NCBI RefSeq assembly: GCF_001194135.2
Contig: NC_068984.1
Coordinates: 38,422,767 to 38,486,766 of the forward strand
Reading direction: 5' to 3'
Source: Octopus bimaculoides
Lineage: Eukaryota
Length of the DNA stretch: 64,000 nucleotides
Both the position numbers and the translations under genes were made by a program. The notes beneath the pieces were generated by a model. That model was given only the letters and a program-made list of their open reading frames with translations, was not told the origin of the DNA and did not search any database. Positions within the stretch are counted from its first letter, which is position 1. Each line of letters starts with the position of its first letter. Shown piece after piece: positions 61,029-64,000 of the stretch.

Positions 61029-61140
61029 CTCAAGCATGTCTTTACTTTTTCTATTTTTATTAATGGCAAAAGAGCCATGCCCATGATCCTTTTGAGACTT
61101 CTGTGATTGGGAGGAAAGAAGTTATTCTCTGATGTGAGAG
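61029..61140 (-). repeat. Right arm of the 112-bp perfect inverted duplication
   Basis: Reverse complement of 60136-60247. Confidence 0.95.
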
Positions 61141-61694
61141 GTAAGAGGTATGTAGAATTAAGTTGATGAGTGTGTCCCATATTCTAATTTTTTTAAAAGA
61201 TTGTAAGATGTGATGACAGATTTGACTTCTATTTCTAGCAGATCTGACAAGCAGAGGTTCCTTAAGTAGTCATATTGATATTCAGTTAAAATTAGAAAAT
61301 CCAATTTTCAGATTTGTAAAAAGCTCACAATTTTCTCTATTACTATCATGGTGGTTTGAGTTAAAGATAACAGCTGGAATACATTTTCCTGTATTTTGTA
61401 TTAGTTTTATGCTTTTCATGATTTAAGTGTGATGACCAAAATATCCTATTTTAAAAGATTCTTTATCTTTATTATAGTTCTACATCTTTTAACTTCATAA
61501 AAAGAAATCCACAACATAAGTGATGTTGTGGATTCAATCCTAGCCAATTTGAATTCATCACTGATTTCTGTCCATGACAAGGTCATTGGATTCACTAATA
61601 GTACATCAAGGTAAATCAGTTTCTCAAGATGGTGGGGTGAGGGGATGCACATTCCCACTAGAATGGTATTGCAATATTTTTGTTGGGTAACAAG

Positions 61695-61885
61695 GCAGCA
61701 AGCTGGCAGAATTGTCAGCATGCTGGACAAAATGCTCAGCAGGATTTCAGCTATCTTTGGGTTCTGAGTTAAAATTCTACTGAGGTTGACTGTCATTCAT
61801 CCTTTTAGGGTAGATAGAAAAAGTACTAGTTGAACATTGGGATCAACTTAGCACTTCTCAGCCTTGTGCCAAAATTTGAAACCAA
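61695..61885 (+). mobile_element. SINE family B
   Basis: aaggcagcaagctggcagaattgtcagc...ccttgtgccaaaatttgaaaccaat. A more degenerate copy is at about 60545-60745. Confidence 0.75.
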
Positions 61886-63010
61886 TATTTTTGTGGGGCA
61901 AAATACTCCAGAATAGGGAGTACCAAGCGAATAAGACTTGTAACAAAGTTTTAATTAAAACCTCTTTTGAATATATATAACATGTATATATATATATATA
62001 TATATATATATTACTAACTGTCTGTTCATGGTGGAAAAGTGAAGTGGGGTATGAGACAAAAATGGGTTTAACAAATGAAATGTATGACTTTTGCAAAGGT
62101 CCAACAAAGTAAACCTCTGAGCTTGATGTTTTTGATTCAAAAGCACAATCAGTGTTACATATCTGATCTCAAATTATGACCAATTAAAATTAGTCTTTTT
62201 TAAAACATAAAATGTTATCAAACTGAGATTCTGCTTACATTACCAGCTTATATGTGGTTATCTATATTAAACATGTTTAAATCCTAATTGTTATTTTATT
62301 CTGATAAAAAATTAATCCAGTCTTAAGATAAATTTCATGTTATTGTTGACAACAAGAATCAGCCCCTGGTGAGTAGAGCTATGATCAAATATATTCAAGT
62401 CATAACCATCCTGTCCATTTTTCAAGAAGAATAATATGTAGCAGCCTTGTTTTAGGTGACATTTTAGAGACCAGTAATCAGCCAGCCATTTTAGCTATTA
62501 AAACAGAAGTTGGCTTTTTTTTTCTTCTGTTGCTGATTTTAACTTGGCAACCATCATAAGTAAGCTGTCTTGGTTTGCTCTAACTCTGTCTTGACTGCAT
62601 CAACTTTTTCAGCTGTCTCAAATCATCATGTCAGTATTTCCCAACTAGTGTTTCCTCCAGAACCTTAGGATTCTGTAAGAGGTTTATGAGGTTCTATGAG
62701 AAATTATTATAAATAAGTGGATTTTATGCAAATATAAGTTTTTTTTTTTTTTGTGAGTTTAATTTTATATTCATAATTTTTTATACCTGCAAAGCATATT
62801 CTCTTAGATAGTGAAACTCCCAATATCTGCAATTTGTAAGGAAACCATACAGGAAAAATGACCTATTAATAGGGAATTGCAGGGTAATTGGTTCTTAAAT
62901 AAGGTCTTGGTAAAGATGTTTGTCTTTCTCTTTCATAAAGTTGAATTTTATAAAACAAAGATATATAATTTTTATGTAGGGTTCCCTAAGAAACAGAATT
63001 TATTTCAAAT

Positions 63011-63168
63011 AGGAGTGGCTGTGTGGTAAGCAGCTTGCTTACCAACCACATGGTTCTGGGTTCAGTCTCACTGCGTGGCACCTTGGGCAAGTGTCTTCTA
63101 CTATAGCCTCAGGCCGACCAAAGCCTCGGGAGTGGATTTGGTAGACGGAAACTGAAAGAAGCCCATCG

Positions 63169-63203
<35 letters not shown>

Positions 63204-63412
63204 ATATGTTTGTGTGTCTGTGTTTGTCCCCCCAACATCGCTTGACAACCGATGCTGGTGTGTTTATGTCCCCATAACTTAGCGGTTCGGCAAAAGAGAT
63301 CAATGGAATAAGTACTAGGCTTACAAAGAATAAGTCATGAGGTCAATTTGCTCGACTAAAAGGTGGTGCTTCAGCATGGCCACAGTCAAATGACAAACAA
63401 GTAAAAGAGAAT
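63011..63412 (+). mobile_element. Full-length SINE family A (tRNA-like head, CORE-like segment, (TA)/(TG) spacer, tail i)
   Basis: tggctgtgtggtaag (A-box-like) and gggttcagtctc (B-box-like). ccttgggcaagtgtctt resembles the CORE motif ccttgggcaagtcactt. It ends gacaaacaagtaaaagag. Confidence 0.9.
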
Positions 63413-63685
63413 AGCAAAAAGGTTGAGAAACACTGCATTATATTGATAAACTTTTTTTGTATTGTTTATTTCTACCACTTTAAGATTACATGTGTTCTAT
63501 ACTTTTTCTTTACTGCTTGCCAATACCGAGTTGTACATATTGACCTCATAAATAATAAAATATGTATAAATATTTTTTATAAAAGTTATTCAATGCAATA
63601 TGTAAAAATATGGACATACATTCTAACATGAACTTTGCCTTGATTGAAGTTGTAAATTAAAATGTTATATTTTCCCAAATCCTTT

Positions 63686-64000
63686 ATCATCATCATCATC
63701 GTTTAACGTCCGCTTTCCATGCTAGCATGGGTTGGACGATTTGACTGAGGACTGGTGAAACCAGATGGCTACACCAGGCTCCAATCCGATTTGGCAGAGT
63801 TTCTACAGCTGGATGCCCTTCCTAACGCCAACCACTCAGGGAGTGTAGTGGGTGCTTTTACGTGTCACCCGCACGAAGGCCAGTCAGGCGGTACTGGCAA
63901 CGGCCACGCTCAAAATGGTGTATTTTATGTGCCACCCGCACAAGAGCCACGCCAGGGGCACTGGTAACGATCTCGCTCGAAAATACTACGAAGGCCAGTC
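63686..64000 (-). mobile_element. Young RTE LINE 3' end, running off the window
   Basis: Near-identical to 21687-21970 and CpG-rich. Confidence 0.92.

Noticed and set aside
63011-63090. tRNA-like heads of SINEs as tRNA genes
   Set aside because: They have A/B-box-like motifs only, no complete cloverleaf, and run straight into SINE bodies.
1-64000. CRISPR arrays, rRNA, telomeric arrays or prokaryote-type operons
   Set aside because: None seen. There are no regularly spaced direct repeats with unique spacers, and the DNA is eukaryotic intronic/intergenic in character.

Overview
AT-rich, microsatellite- and retroposon-dense eukaryotic DNA with six N gaps. From its repeat families and a mollusc-like TIPE protein I infer a cephalopod, most likely Octopus; this is recognition from memory, not a search result. 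Only one host gene is clear: the single large coding exon of a TNFAIP8/TIPE-family gene (12165-12739, minus strand). That exon starts at a phase-1 splice acceptor, so the first base of its first codon comes from an upstream exon, and much of 12.7-64 kb may be its 5' introns. The rest is mostly transposon-derived. It includes RTE-clade LINE fragments with (GAT)n tails, at least four tRNA-headed SINE families (labelled A, B, G, H here) and a (CAA)-tailed retroposon (D). It also holds Penelope-like, CR1/L2-like, Tigger/pogo and CCCH-zinc-finger ORF relics, and mariner-, piggyBac-, hAT- and unclassified MITEs. There are two standouts. One is a 433-bp nested fold-back element (20008-20440) whose inner arms each carry a minimal type-I hammerhead-ribozyme-like core. 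The other is a pair of RTE insertions fused, at the same LINE site, to inverted copies of nearby DNA (1704-1850; 61029-61140, a 112-bp perfect inverted duplicate). There is no rRNA, true tRNA or CRISPR array. All alignments were done by eye and repeat boundaries are approximate unless TSD/TIR coordinates are given.
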